The notes: a model not told the origin generated them from the letters alone. Positions 18,291 to 27,906 are shown, counted from the stretch's first letter. The stretch: DNA of 64,000 nt from Bdellovibrio sp. (GCA_036676395.1 JAKFCY010000002.1:1504001-1568000), one strand, 5' to 3'. Numbers and translations are program-made.

Positions 18291-20387
18291 CTAGTTTGCT
18301 GTTGGCACGCCGCCGTTACAATCGCCATCTGGACAATTGTTACCAGTTCCGCCTTCAGAGACCGGAGGGCAAGTTGCTGGTGGGTAAACCGAAGTTCCAT
18401 TTTGACAAATTGTCGGTGCCGGGCAAGTTGACGGGCCTGGTGGCGTGTAGAATGGCGTTACGCCATCCGGACATACGCCTTGCTGAACAACTGTATCACA
18501 CTGACAAGTACTTAAGTTATAAACCTGTTGGCCCGGCGTACACGCATTTGCAGACGGACACGCACACACATTATTTTCAAGAACTTTTGGCGCTAGACAA
18601 ATTGGTGGCTGAACAACCGGGTCACAAGCACATGTCGTTGGATTTTGCGCCGTATTCACCGGACAAGTCGTCTGACAACCTTGCGGCGGAGGAGGCACTA
18701 CTGGTTTATCTTTTTTCTTTTTCTTAAATAAGAAATATAATAACGCAGCTCCACCGATAATACCGGCACCGATTAACCATGGTTTCCAGTTAAAGCCAGA
18801 TCCGCATTTTTTATCTTCACCTTTTGGCTCTTTACCATCTTCACAAATACATGAACCTTCTTTTTCGATGGTTTCGCCCGTACATTTCAATGGTTCAGTA
18901 GCAACTTCAGTGGTTCCGCTGCTTACTTCAGCTGGTTGTACAGGAGCAACAACAGCTACACATTGCGCACCTGGAACTGCTTCGCCGCCACCATCACAAG
19001 GACATTTAAGCGTCTCTGGATTTACAGATTTATTTTCAGGACAACCTGGTTTTTTCGTTAACACTTCAGCAACGAATAAGAAACGTTTGTGCAATTGGTC
19101 ACACGCGCCCCAGAAATTTTTATCGTATTGGTCTTTTTCAACAGCTGCCGAGGCACAATCTGCACGAGCTGCTGAGATTGTCGAGTCAAACTGTGATTGA
19201 ATCTCTTGAAGTTTTTTTAACAAATCTTCAGTGATATTTCCGCTTTCAAAAGCATTTTTCATATCAGGAGTACCTGAAAGCATACTTGCTAGATATTTTC
19301 TTGTATTTTCAATGACTGCCGGGTCTTTTAAAGCTTCAGCTTTATTTTCTTCTAAGATACCTTGGTAGCGACTAGCATCTTTTTTAGCAGAAGCTAATTT
19401 CGGCAATGACAACTCAACAGCAGTTAAAGGCATTTTAGCGTCACAGCCTTTATTGTAGTGAGTCGCTGTTTGTAATTCAGTTTCATTAGTTAAACAGAAT
19501 TGTTTACCACCATCGCCAAAGCCATAAATCGTCGGATTACACGGAAAATTACAACCCGTTGATTTTGCGCCAGTTGGGTATTTACATTTTTTATCAGCTC
19601 CGTAAGTGCCAATGTAGCCCGCAACCACACACTTAGTGCCTACAGCAAAAGCTTCGGCTTCACCATTTAACATAGCAAAAAACATATTCCATTTTTCTAA
19701 AGAGGAAGTTTTTTTGCCTTTTTGCGGAATAGCCTTCTTAGTATTTGTCTCTTTTGCATTTAACACATCTTCTGCGCCTGAATGAAGAAGTCGCAAGCCA
19801 ATCATAAATTGAGCACGTTGTGTAGACGTCATTTTTTTCCACATTTCACGCGTAATTTTTGGTGTACCCGTGAAAGTGCTCTTCGTCGCTTTAATTACGT
19901 TCTTATCGTGTTCTTTTTTGATTTTGATATCTGAAGCCATAAGACGCTTCATCGCCGGCGTAATCAACATCACATCGTTTTCAGTCAGAACCACATTGTT
20001 CAATTTGGCAAATTTTGCCTTTTCACCAAAGATCTGCAAATTATATGATTTGCCTTTTTCACTAATGGTCATAGTAGGGATTTTTTCACCCGTAGAACTA
20101 ACAGATTCTTTTAATGTGAATTCAGGCATTAACTCGTTCGGTGCTGACATTAAATAACGTTCAACATCGTTGTAAACCTGACCAGAATACAAATGTTTGG
20201 TTTTATTCCAAAACTCTTTATAAGTGATGCGCTTATTTAATTGCGTCTCAGACATGAAAGCTTCGATTTGTTTTTTTAATGTTTCTTGCGATTCAATCCC
20301 CAGAGCAACTGGTGAAAAAATCATAGTTAGAACTGAGCCTGTTGCAGCTAGCAGTCTAATAACATTTCTCATAAATCTTGAGTTCAT
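18291..20387 (-). CDS. Exported Cys-rich protein with an internal hydrophobic helix (paralogue B)
   Basis: RBS AGGAG before ATG 20387. Shares GCNFPCNPTIYGF, ELQTATHYNKGCDAKMPLT and FWGACDQLHKRFLFVA with paralogue A; helix WLIGAGIIGGAALLYFLF followed by KKKKK. Confidence 0.85.
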   Translation of the reverse strand: MNSRFMRNVIRLLAATGSVLTMIFSPVALGIESQETLKKQIEAFMSETQLNKRITYKEFWNKTKHLYSGQVYNDVERYLMSAPNELMPEFTLKESVSSTGEKIPTMTISEKGKSYNLQIFGEKAKFAKLNNVVLTENDVMLITPAMKRLMASDIKIKKEHDKNVIKATKSTFTGTPKITREMWKKMTSTQRAQFMIGLRLLHSGAEDVLNAKETNTKKAIPQKGKKTSSLEKWNMFFAMLNGEAEAFAVGTKCVVAGYIGTYGADKKCKYPTGAKSTGCNFPCNPTIYGFGDGGKQFCLTNETELQTATHYNKGCDAKMPLTAVELSLPKLASAKKDASRYQGILEENKAEALKDPAVIENTRKYLASMLSGTPDMKNAFESGNITEDLLKKLQEIQSQFDSTISAARADCASAAVEKDQYDKNFWGACDQLHKRFLFVAEVLTKKPGCPENKSVNPETLKCPCDGGGEAVPGAQCVAVVAPVQPAEVSSGTTEVATEPLKCTGETIEKEGSCICEDGKEPKGEDKKCGSGFNWKPWLIGAGIIGGAALLYFLFKKKKKDKPVVPPPPQGCQTTCPVNTAQNPTTCACDPVVQPPICLAPKVLENNVCACPSANACTPGQQVYNLSTCQCDTVVQQGVCPDGVTPFYTPPGPSTCPAPTICQNGTSVYPPATCPPVSEGGTGNNCPDGDCNGGVPTAN

Positions 20388-20459
20388 GACGTCTCCTGTT
20401 TTTAATCCTTGAAAGTATCTCAAAAAAGTCCGTTTTATATTCAATACAAATACAGTCCC

Positions 20460-20486
20460 ATATCGGTGTCTCATTTTAAAAACTTA
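20460..20486 (-). promoter_or_regulatory. Putative sigma28 (FliA)-type promoter of the paralogue operon
   Basis: TAAG-N15-ACCGATAT on the minus strand versus consensus TAAA-N15-GCCGATAA. Confidence 0.45.
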
Positions 20487-20516
20487 AATCATTATGTTAC
20501 GATCAAAATGAGACAC
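20466..20516. repeat. Perfect 12-bp inverted repeat with a 27-nt spacer (operator or terminator candidate)
   Basis: GTGTCTCATTTT (20466-20477) and AAAATGAGACAC (20505-20516). Confidence 0.75.
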
Positions 20517-20523
20517 TTTAGAG

Positions 20524-21030
20524 CTATTTTTTACGGCGTTCAGAATCGCGAACATCAGTTCGGCGATCATCACTTTGGTCTGTAGAAGTCCACTTCATGC
20601 GGCGATCGATATAAGGGAATTTGAAGTAAAATGCGATCACTAGAACGCCTAAAGTCGTTACCACCGCTAAAATCGAGAAAATCTTAAGAAAGTGGGGTTC
20701 AATTGAATTCGGATCGGCCTGAAAAAGTCTAATGGCATTGATTCCCAAAACCAGGACTAAGGTAATAATAGCCACTGTCCAAGAAAGCTTATGCTGGATA
20801 AATAATAAAACACCTGTAAACATCAAAAGCCCAAGCCAAACCCAGTCAAATGTTGAAATGGTTTTTAATAAGGCGATAAAAATAGGTGGCTCATACCAAT
20901 TTGTTAAGCCAGAACCTAAAAAGCTTATTAGGATATTTCCCAAGGGGGCCAAGATGAACATGATGGCCATGGCATAAACGCCGAGAGGTTTTTGAAGACT
21001 CGTTGCTGATTCATCCGGTGTATTATTCAT
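20524..21030 (-). CDS. Hypothetical 4-TM membrane protein
   Basis: 168 aa with four hydrophobic helices and a C-terminal PYIDRR...DRR..ERR tail. Confidence 0.75.
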   Translation of the reverse strand: MNNTPDESATSLQKPLGVYAMAIMFILAPLGNILISFLGSGLTNWYEPPIFIALLKTISTFDWVWLGLLMFTGVLLFIQHKLSWTVAIITLVLVLGINAIRLFQADPNSIEPHFLKIFSILAVVTTLGVLVIAFYFKFPYIDRRMKWTSTDQSDDRRTDVRDSERRKK

Positions 21031-21120
21031 GCCTATAGCATAAACAGTAAGTCTATTTTTGAATACCAGAATGTTATAAAAGGTCTAGTTTCTGCAGGGG
21101 TTTTAGGCTATAAAAATCCT

Positions 21121-22155
21121 ATGCCTACACTGACTTTTCCCACTTCTTTATACAACCTTTTAGATGTCGAACTTTATGTGGTTCTTGGCATCCTTTGTTT
21201 TGGTACGTTTTTATTTTACAAATCGTTTTTAAAGCGCGCCTCACAGGTTCGCCATCAAAATATCCAGAACCACCTAAAAGTGATCAACCGTCATTTTTTT
21301 GGTTTAACTTTCTTACTTGTTGTTTTTCTTTTATTACGCGATCAAATCAATGCTTCGGTCTTAGTAAAAAAATTAACTCCCTATGTGGCAACAATGACTT
21401 ACCTAGCCGGAGTAATCCTGTTTGTACGCGTTTGCCGCCTTAATGTACTGATGTATCTTTTCTTAGGCTCAATGACCGCCGGGGTTCCATTACTTTTGGT
21501 GAATATTTTTTCTTTGATCTTATTCGTCAGCATCAGCATTTGGTCGGCGTCACATTTATTTGGTGTGCAAGTGGCTCCGCTATTAGCGACATCAGCGGCC
21601 CTTTCAGTTATTCTGGGTCTTGCTTTACAAGACACTTTAGGAAATTTATTTGCCGGCATTTCTTTGCAAGTTGATAAAACTTTTGAAATCGGCGATTGGC
21701 TAGAAGTTCAAAATGGTTCATGCAAAGTCGTTGGCCAAGTTAAAGAGCTTACCTGGAGATCAACAATTTTAGTTGGCTGGTCAGACGAAATCATCACCCT
21801 GCCTAACAAAGTTATGGCCTCATCACAGGTTTCAAATTTCTCACCACCCGACGCACCGATCTTACGCCGCCAGGTTTTTCGCATTCCACATTCACAAAAT
21901 GCCTATGCCGCTAAAGATCTTTTAGAAAGAGCTGTATCGCAAATTGCTGATGTGCGCGCGATTCCTTCGCCATTAGCGTTTATCTCTGAGATCAACGAAA
22001 ACTGGACTGAAATTAAAGTGGCCTATTTCATTGATTCTTACGGCAGACAATTTCTAATCGGCGATAAAGTGTACGCCTTAGGCCAAGATACTCTTTTACA
22101 AAATGGCTTTAAATTAGCTCACCAAGTGTTTGAGGTAAAAAATGAAGCCCGTTAA
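21121..22155 (+). CDS. mscS: Small-conductance mechanosensitive channel (MscS family)
   Basis: GLALQDTLGNLFAGI, FEIGDW, G.V.E.TWRST, LPN. Confidence 0.9.
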   Translation: MPTLTFPTSLYNLLDVELYVVLGILCFGTFLFYKSFLKRASQVRHQNIQNHLKVINRHFFGLTFLLVVFLLLRDQINASVLVKKLTPYVATMTYLAGVILFVRVCRLNVLMYLFLGSMTAGVPLLLVNIFSLILFVSISIWSASHLFGVQVAPLLATSAALSVILGLALQDTLGNLFAGISLQVDKTFEIGDWLEVQNGSCKVVGQVKELTWRSTILVGWSDEIITLPNKVMASSQVSNFSPPDAPILRRQVFRIPHSQNAYAAKDLLERAVSQIADVRAIPSPLAFISEINENWTEIKVAYFIDSYGRQFLIGDKVYALGQDTLLQNGFKLAHQVFEVKNEAR

Positions 22156-22915
22156 TCGCGATCACCCGTTAGCTGTAAAAATTAGAAAACAGATCACTCA
22201 AGCCTTAAGCGATTATAAAATGATTGCTGATGGCGACAAGGTTATGGTTTGTGTATCTGGCGGTAAAGACTCATCCATTCTAACTATTTTATTAGAAGAA
22301 ATTAGAAAACGCGCTGAGATTGAATTTACATTAAGTGCAGTGCTTTTAGATCAAAAACAACCTGGCTTTGACGTTGCGGCATTTAAAACGTGGATTGAAT
22401 CTGAGGGTATCGAATTTCACATGATCGAAAAAGATACTTATTCTGTCGTTAAAGAAAAAGTAACTAATGGTGTTTATTGTTCGCTATGTTCGAAAATGCG
22501 CCGAGCGATTTTATACGATTACGCTCACGCTAATAACTATTCAAAAATGGCGCTTGGCCATCACCGCACAGATTTAATTGAAACCACGATGTTAAACATG
22601 TTCTACACAGGAAATGTTTCTACGATGCCTGCAAAACTGCGCTCTGACGATGGCAGAAATATCGTTCTTCGCCCGATGATGTATGTAGCAGAAACTGATC
22701 TAATTCAATTAGCGACTGATTGGGGATTTCCGGTGATTCCTTGTAATTTGTGCGGATCACAAGAAGGCATGAAACGCAAAAAAATGAAAAAACTAATCAC
22801 CGAATTAGAAAAAGATATTCCTAATTTAAGTGCTAGCTTTATCACGGCTTTACAAAACGTTAAGCCAAGTCATATGCTGGATAAGAATCTGTATAATTTC
22901 GAGGAGCTACCGTGA
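22142..22915 (+). CDS. ttcA: tRNA 2-thiocytidine(32) synthetase
   Basis: PP-loop SGGKDS, CSLCS..RR, ALGHH, IPCNLCGSQ. Confidence 0.95.
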   Translation: MKPVNRDHPLAVKIRKQITQALSDYKMIADGDKVMVCVSGGKDSSILTILLEEIRKRAEIEFTLSAVLLDQKQPGFDVAAFKTWIESEGIEFHMIEKDTYSVVKEKVTNGVYCSLCSKMRRAILYDYAHANNYSKMALGHHRTDLIETTMLNMFYTGNVSTMPAKLRSDDGRNIVLRPMMYVAETDLIQLATDWGFPVIPCNLCGSQEGMKRKKMKKLITELEKDIPNLSASFITALQNVKPSHMLDKNLYNFEELP

Positions 22916-24228
22916 TCGGAAAAAAGTTTTTAGATTTAAAAGAAAAAGCGTTACATAATAAATCCTTAGAAATACCTACGCGAATTGAAAATCTTAAAAA
23001 ACTTTTAACTTGGATCGAAAGAAACGAAACCGAAATTAAAAAAGCTCTTGGTTTAGATTTTCAAAAATCGGAATTTGAAACTCAGACCACAGAAATCGGC
23101 GTAGTAAAAACTGAAATCAAATATTTCATTAAAAATTTAAAAGCTTGGGCCAAACCTGAACACGTAAAAACACCAATGACTTTATTTGGTCACACAAGCA
23201 CAATTCATTACGAACCAAAAGGCGTGGTTTTGATTATAGCGCCATGGAATTACCCTTTCCAGCTAACGATCAATCCTTTAATTCCAGCGCTTGCAGCTGG
23301 CAATACCGTCGTTATCAAGCCCAGCGAACTTACGCCGCATACAAGTAAACTCATTCATCAAATGGTGAACGAAGTTTTTGCAAGCGATGAAGTGATTTGC
23401 GAACTGGGTGGTAAAGAAAAAACTGAAGAGTTACTTACTTATGATTTTGATCATGTGTTTTTCACGGGCTCTACACCAGTTGGCCGCATTATCGCACAAG
23501 CTTGTGCTAAAAAGCTAATTCCCTATACTTTAGAATTAGGCGGAAAATCTCCAACAATCATTGACGAAACCGCAGACATCAACGATGCGGCCGAAAAAGT
23601 TTACTGGGGTAAATTTTTAAACCGCGGCCAAACTTGTGTCGCTCCAGATTATATTTTGATTCATCGTACAAAAAAAGATGAGTTTATCGAAAAGTTTAAA
23701 CAACTTGAAAAAACAAATTCAGAAAAGCCTACGGGATTTGTAAATAACCAACATCAAGACCGCGTAACGAAGCTAACTGGCAATAATACTGATTTTAAAA
23801 CCACAACCTGCCAACTTATTGATTCACCAGATTTAAATTCAGATATCATGAAAAATGAAATCTTTGGCCCCATCGCCCCGATTATTGCTTTTGACACGCT
23901 AGCTGACGCTTATAAAATCATGGCGCTAAACCCCTATCCATTAGCGCTATATATTTTTTCAAATTCAAAAACAAATATTCAAGATATCTTAAATAAAACT
24001 CAATCTGGTGGCGTTGCGATTAATAACGTGATCGTGCATCTTGCAAATCACTATTTACCATTCGGCGGTATTCGCACCAGCGGCATTGGCACTTACCACG
24101 GTCATTTTGGCTTTTTAGAATTTTCACACAGACGTTCAGTGATTGAACAAAAGTTTTTATCTAAAACTATGCGTTTTGTTTTTCCGCCGTACACTGATTT
24201 TAAAAAGAAATTAATGCAAAAGCTTTAG
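22912..24228 (+). CDS. Aldehyde dehydrogenase (class 3, fatty aldehyde type)
   Basis: PWNYP, KPSE, FTGS, LELGGKSP, GQTCVAPDY, EIFGP, PFGG. Confidence 0.95.
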   Translation: MIGKKFLDLKEKALHNKSLEIPTRIENLKKLLTWIERNETEIKKALGLDFQKSEFETQTTEIGVVKTEIKYFIKNLKAWAKPEHVKTPMTLFGHTSTIHYEPKGVVLIIAPWNYPFQLTINPLIPALAAGNTVVIKPSELTPHTSKLIHQMVNEVFASDEVICELGGKEKTEELLTYDFDHVFFTGSTPVGRIIAQACAKKLIPYTLELGGKSPTIIDETADINDAAEKVYWGKFLNRGQTCVAPDYILIHRTKKDEFIEKFKQLEKTNSEKPTGFVNNQHQDRVTKLTGNNTDFKTTTCQLIDSPDLNSDIMKNEIFGPIAPIIAFDTLADAYKIMALNPYPLALYIFSNSKTNIQDILNKTQSGGVAINNVIVHLANHYLPFGGIRTSGIGTYHGHFGFLEFSHRRSVIEQKFLSKTMRFVFPPYTDFKKKLMQKL

Positions 24229-24629
24229 AACTTTTCTGTTCGCATTTTTTTGATATCAGATTTTTTAGTTTTACTATCGAGACGTCTTCGCACCGAAGAT
24301 TTAGTAGGTTTAGTTTTGACGCGTTTTTTAGGAACATAAAGCGCTTTTTCTAAAAGATGAGATAAATTTTCAATCGCTGTATCTTTATTAGATTTTTGAT
24401 CACGCTGTTCTTCACTGCGTACTGTGACGAACTGACCCTGCACTAAACGATGCGCTAAGTTTTTAAATAAAAGTGATTTTTGCGAATCCGGAATTTTTAG
24501 CAATAAAATATTAAGCTTTGCGATCACCGCAGAATTAGTTTTATTCACGTGCTGTCCACCAGCACCCGATGATCTGGTTACAGAGAATTCAACTGCATCT
24601 AGAATTGTATCTAAGCTAATTTGAGCCAT
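24225..24629 (-). CDS. arfB: Alternative ribosome rescue factor B
   Basis: RSSGAGGQHVNKTNS and a basic C-tail PKKR.KTKPTKSS.RRRL. Confidence 0.95.
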   Translation of the reverse strand: MAQISLDTILDAVEFSVTRSSGAGGQHVNKTNSAVIAKLNILLLKIPDSQKSLLFKNLAHRLVQGQFVTVRSEEQRDQKSNKDTAIENLSHLLEKALYVPKKRVKTKPTKSSVRRRLDSKTKKSDIKKMRTEKF

Positions 24630-24631
24630 AA

Positions 24632-25306
24632 CTATCCATGTGTATGCGGCATTAATACTTCGACCACATAAACCATTAAAGAAAGAATAAGCAACATAAT
24701 TCCAAAGATCAATTTTTCATTATTTTCTAACCAGTGAAGTTTAACTTTAGCTGCACCAAAATACATAATCGTCATAAAGATTGTCATGGCAAGCAGTGTC
24801 CCTACACCCAGCACGGCGGATAACACTGCAAAACCCGTCCAACCTAGTGGCCATGCCGACACGTACACGGGTAAAAAAGATTCACACGGCGAAAAAGTTA
24901 ATAACGATAATAAACTTAAAACCGCCCAGCCATCGCTGGCCGTTTTTTTGTAGTCATGGTGATGCGGGTTTGTGTCGTCGCAGTGTGAATGTTTATGCCC
25001 GCGAAAATGTTGAATAATATTATAAGCCCCGAATAAAAATACAGCTGCAGCGGCGATAAAAATAAAAATCTGTTCTGCGCTTTCGCTGATTTTTACACCG
25101 AACCAAACGACTAATGCTCCTAAAAGGGTCGTTGTTAAAACATGCCCAAGACCTGCGATCATTAAAATTGAGAAGGTTTTTTTATAGCTCCATTTTTGGG
25201 TACGTGATGCGAGCACAAAAGGCAGCCAGTGCGTAGGTAATGATGCGTGTAAAACGGCGACTGTTAATCCAGTCAGGATAGCGGGTAAATACTCGAATGA
25301 AAGCAT
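24632..25306 (-). CDS. Ni/Co transporter-like membrane protein (NicO/RcnA-related)
   Basis: HASLPTHWLPF motif, His-rich loop GHKHSHC...HHHD, SPCE, about 6 TM helices. Start moved to ATG 25306. Confidence 0.7.
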   Translation of the reverse strand: MLSFEYLPAILTGLTVAVLHASLPTHWLPFVLASRTQKWSYKKTFSILMIAGLGHVLTTTLLGALVVWFGVKISESAEQIFIFIAAAAVFLFGAYNIIQHFRGHKHSHCDDTNPHHHDYKKTASDGWAVLSLLSLLTFSPCESFLPVYVSAWPLGWTGFAVLSAVLGVGTLLAMTIFMTIMYFGAAKVKLHWLENNEKLIFGIMLLILSLMVYVVEVLMPHTHG

Positions 25307-25398
25307 AGGGTTAGGTGATACCCCATGCGTAAAGCTTAACGCAAGCTGGGACTTGACCTTATCGTTAAAAAGGTTATTATTTACACGCACCAAATAAG

Positions 25399-25474
25399 GC
25401 AGACTTAGCTCAGTTGGTAGAGTACTTGCATGACATGCAAGGTGTCACAGGTTCAAGTCCTGTAGTCTGCACCA
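25399..25474 (+). tRNA. tRNA-Val (GAC)
   Basis: Acceptor stem GCAGACT/AGTCTGC, D-arm GCTC..GAGT, anticodon arm CTTGC-ATGACAT-GCAAG, T-arm ACAGG-TTCAAGT-CCTGT, encoded CCA; 76 nt. Confidence 0.97.
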
Positions 25475-25477
25475 ATT

Positions 25478-25882
25478 TTAAATTTCCACCCGCTCTAAAG
25501 TCGAAAACTCAGGCGCTTGCTCGTCAGTGTTCTGCGCCGGAAATAATTTAAGCCATTCTTTCGATGAATCATGAAATTCAATGCGTACAGAAAAATAATT
25601 TCCTGCGATCGAATCATGCTTTTTCCACATGGCAGCTTTTTTAATTTTTTTTGCAGCCAGACGCTCTTCTTTGTCGTGAATTTCTAATAAAGCTTTGCGA
25701 GCTAACTTACCGCCTACGGTATCATAACCCCGGTTGGCGGGTTTATGTTCTAAATCGCTATCACAGATCCTTGAAAGCTCGGCAAAGGATTCTCCTTGGC
25801 CATAACTATCAGTAGCCGCGTAGAACGTTAAAGCCTCTATGGCTATTTTTAATTGAGCTTCAAGATCTTGGATCTTGTCCAT
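25478..25882 (-). CDS. Hypothetical protein, possibly phage-derived
   Basis: 134-aa ORF; LKIAIEALTFYA...G..ARKAL recalls small phage proteins; ends 3 nt from the tRNA 3' end. Confidence 0.6.
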   Translation of the reverse strand: MDKIQDLEAQLKIAIEALTFYAATDSYGQGESFAELSRICDSDLEHKPANRGYDTVGGKLARKALLEIHDKEERLAAKKIKKAAMWKKHDSIAGNYFSVRIEFHDSSKEWLKLFPAQNTDEQAPEFSTLERVEI

Positions 25883-26128
25883 TTATGGTTTATCGGCCTT
25901 AGGTTTTTTTTCCATTACGCCACGGTTTTTAATAATCAGGCCATTTAAAAAATTACGTAAAAGCTGATCACCGCATTCTTGATAATTCGGGTGATTTTCA
26001 TCGCGAAAAATAGCCGATAGTTCTGATTTTGAAATTTCGTAATCAACGTTCTTTAGACATTCGATGATGTCGGTATCACGAAAAGATAAAGCCACACGCA
26101 ATTTTTTGAAGATATCGTTATTTGTCAT
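25883..26128 (-). CDS. DUF1456 (YehS-like) family protein
   Basis: MTNNDIFKKLRVAL...SELSA.FR...H.NY.ECGDQ.LRNFL.GL. Confidence 0.9.
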   Translation of the reverse strand: MTNNDIFKKLRVALSFRDTDIIECLKNVDYEISKSELSAIFRDENHPNYQECGDQLLRNFLNGLIIKNRGVMEKKPKADKP

Positions 26129-26169
26129 AGGGGTAGTCTTAAAGCAAAATACCCCTTAAAAGCAATGCC

Positions 26170-27108
26170 TTAATTTCTTTTGATAAAATCAATAACCGCC
26201 ATATGAACCTGATCAGCGACTTGGCTTACTGATTCGGCCATAAGTTGGTGGGGCACATGGCCTGGACGATAATAAGTTCTTAGTTCTAAATCAGAAAAGT
26301 TTTTTTTCAGCACCTTGATCTGGCTATGGGGATCTGAAACCCAGTCTTCCATAGATATAATTGCGTTTACAGGAACTTCAATCTGTTTTGCCAATTTTCG
26401 ATCTCTGTTTACTTTACCTAAATCAATAACTTCAAACATTGATAAAATCGGTGCCGTTTGTAGATAAGTATCAGGCGTGTCTACAATAACTCGCGCATCC
26501 GCTACCGGAACATGCTCTAAAACCCAACCCAATTCGATTTCGCGAACTCCAGAAGTTTTGGCTGCTTGTAGAGCGATATTAAATTCAGGATGGTTCTGAA
26601 AAAAAGCTGAAATTAAAGTGACTGACGCAATTTTTTTATCTTCTGGATGAGTCGTTATATAATCATGAATGATCGTGGCACCTGTCGAAAACCCAACTAA
26701 ATGAATTTTTGAAAAACATTTTTCTGCGCGTTTGATTTCACGAACATTCCAGCGAAGCCAGTGATCTTTATTGTAAAAATTTGCAACTTTTGCGGTCGCA
26801 CCATAACCCGGAATCAATCCTGAATACACCGAATAGCCTGCACGATTCAGCATATCTGCCACTGATTTTAATTCGTTCGGGTTACCCAAAAAACCATGAA
26901 TCAGAAAAACTAATTCATTTTTTTTACCTTTAGTGGCATAGCCTTTGGCTTTGTCAGTTAGATTTGAAAATTTCAGATCTAACAATCGATACTGCAGTTC
27001 ACGTGACTCCATCAGCGATTCTGTGCGCTCTTCGAAGGTTTCCCAACAAGAATCGGCATGAGCAGTTACAGTTAAAAATACCGTGATAAATAAGATAAAG
27101 TTTTTCAT
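26170..27108 (-). CDS. Exported alpha/beta hydrolase (carboxylesterase/lipase)
   Basis: Signal peptide ending AHA; HGF, GFSTG nucleophile elbow, downstream D and H candidates. Confidence 0.88.
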   Translation of the reverse strand: MKNFILFITVFLTVTAHADSCWETFEERTESLMESRELQYRLLDLKFSNLTDKAKGYATKGKKNELVFLIHGFLGNPNELKSVADMLNRAGYSVYSGLIPGYGATAKVANFYNKDHWLRWNVREIKRAEKCFSKIHLVGFSTGATIIHDYITTHPEDKKIASVTLISAFFQNHPEFNIALQAAKTSGVREIELGWVLEHVPVADARVIVDTPDTYLQTAPILSMFEVIDLGKVNRDRKLAKQIEVPVNAIISMEDWVSDPHSQIKVLKKNFSDLELRTYYRPGHVPHQLMAESVSQVADQVHMAVIDFIKRN

Positions 27109-27186
27109 TCAAGTTTTATGTTACCCACATAATCATGTCTTTTTCAAACTCGACATTGTGTGGTCTTGGTGTTAATCTAGCTGCCT

Positions 27187-27906
27187 ATGATTAAGGCTAA
27201 AACCAATGTCCAACTACTTCAAGCCCGACCTTTTACATTATCTCTAAGTTCTGGATTTTTCGGCTTTTTTGCTCATGCCGGGTTTATTCAGGCCTTAGAA
27301 GAAAAAAGTTTAAAACCAAAACTCCTTGTTGGAAGTAGCGCCGGAGCCCTAGCAGCTGCCTGTTATGCGAGCGGCTTTACCGCAAAAGATATGGCCAAAG
27401 AATTTACTCGTATTAAAAAATCTGATTTCTGGGATGTAGGTTTTGGTTTTGGCATAGTTCGCGGCGAAAAGCTTGAAAAACTATGTGCTCAGTTTATGGC
27501 CTCTGACTTCTCTGAAGTTACAACACCGCTGCAAATATCAGCTTTTGATGTCTTTGCTTTAAAAACTAAAACGCTTATGACTGGTTCTGTAGCTAAAGCC
27601 GTACGTGCATCGTGCGCTGTGCCTGGCTTATTTCATCCCGTGTGTATTGATAAGCGCACCTATCTTGATGGTGGCGTCGCTGACAAAATGGGCTTATCTG
27701 GCGTATCTCGTGAAGACTTTGTCTTATGCCACAGCTTGGGCAGCACGAATGGCTTTGAATCTGCGCGTGTGAACCGAAAACATTATAAAAATTTAATGCA
27801 ATTCGAATTAATGAATATTCCCCGCTCTGGCCCAGATCATCTGCATGTTGGCCCAGAAATTATCGCTGAAGCTTACAAGCAAACTAAAACCTGGCTTGAG
27901 TCTTAG
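27187..27906 (+). CDS. Patatin-like phospholipase
   Basis: GFFGFFAHAG, GSSAG, ASCAVPGLF, DGG. Confidence 0.92.
   Translation: MIKAKTNVQLLQARPFTLSLSSGFFGFFAHAGFIQALEEKSLKPKLLVGSSAGALAAACYASGFTAKDMAKEFTRIKKSDFWDVGFGFGIVRGEKLEKLCAQFMASDFSEVTTPLQISAFDVFALKTKTLMTGSVAKAVRASCAVPGLFHPVCIDKRTYLDGGVADKMGLSGVSREDFVLCHSLGSTNGFESARVNRKHYKNLMQFELMNIPRSGPDHLHVGPEIIAEAYKQTKTWLES

Noticed and set aside
16179..20387. Paralogue similarity as a DGR template/variable repeat or recent gene conversion
   Set aside because: Differences in the shared blocks are mainly synonymous and not adenine-specific, and no reverse transcriptase is present.
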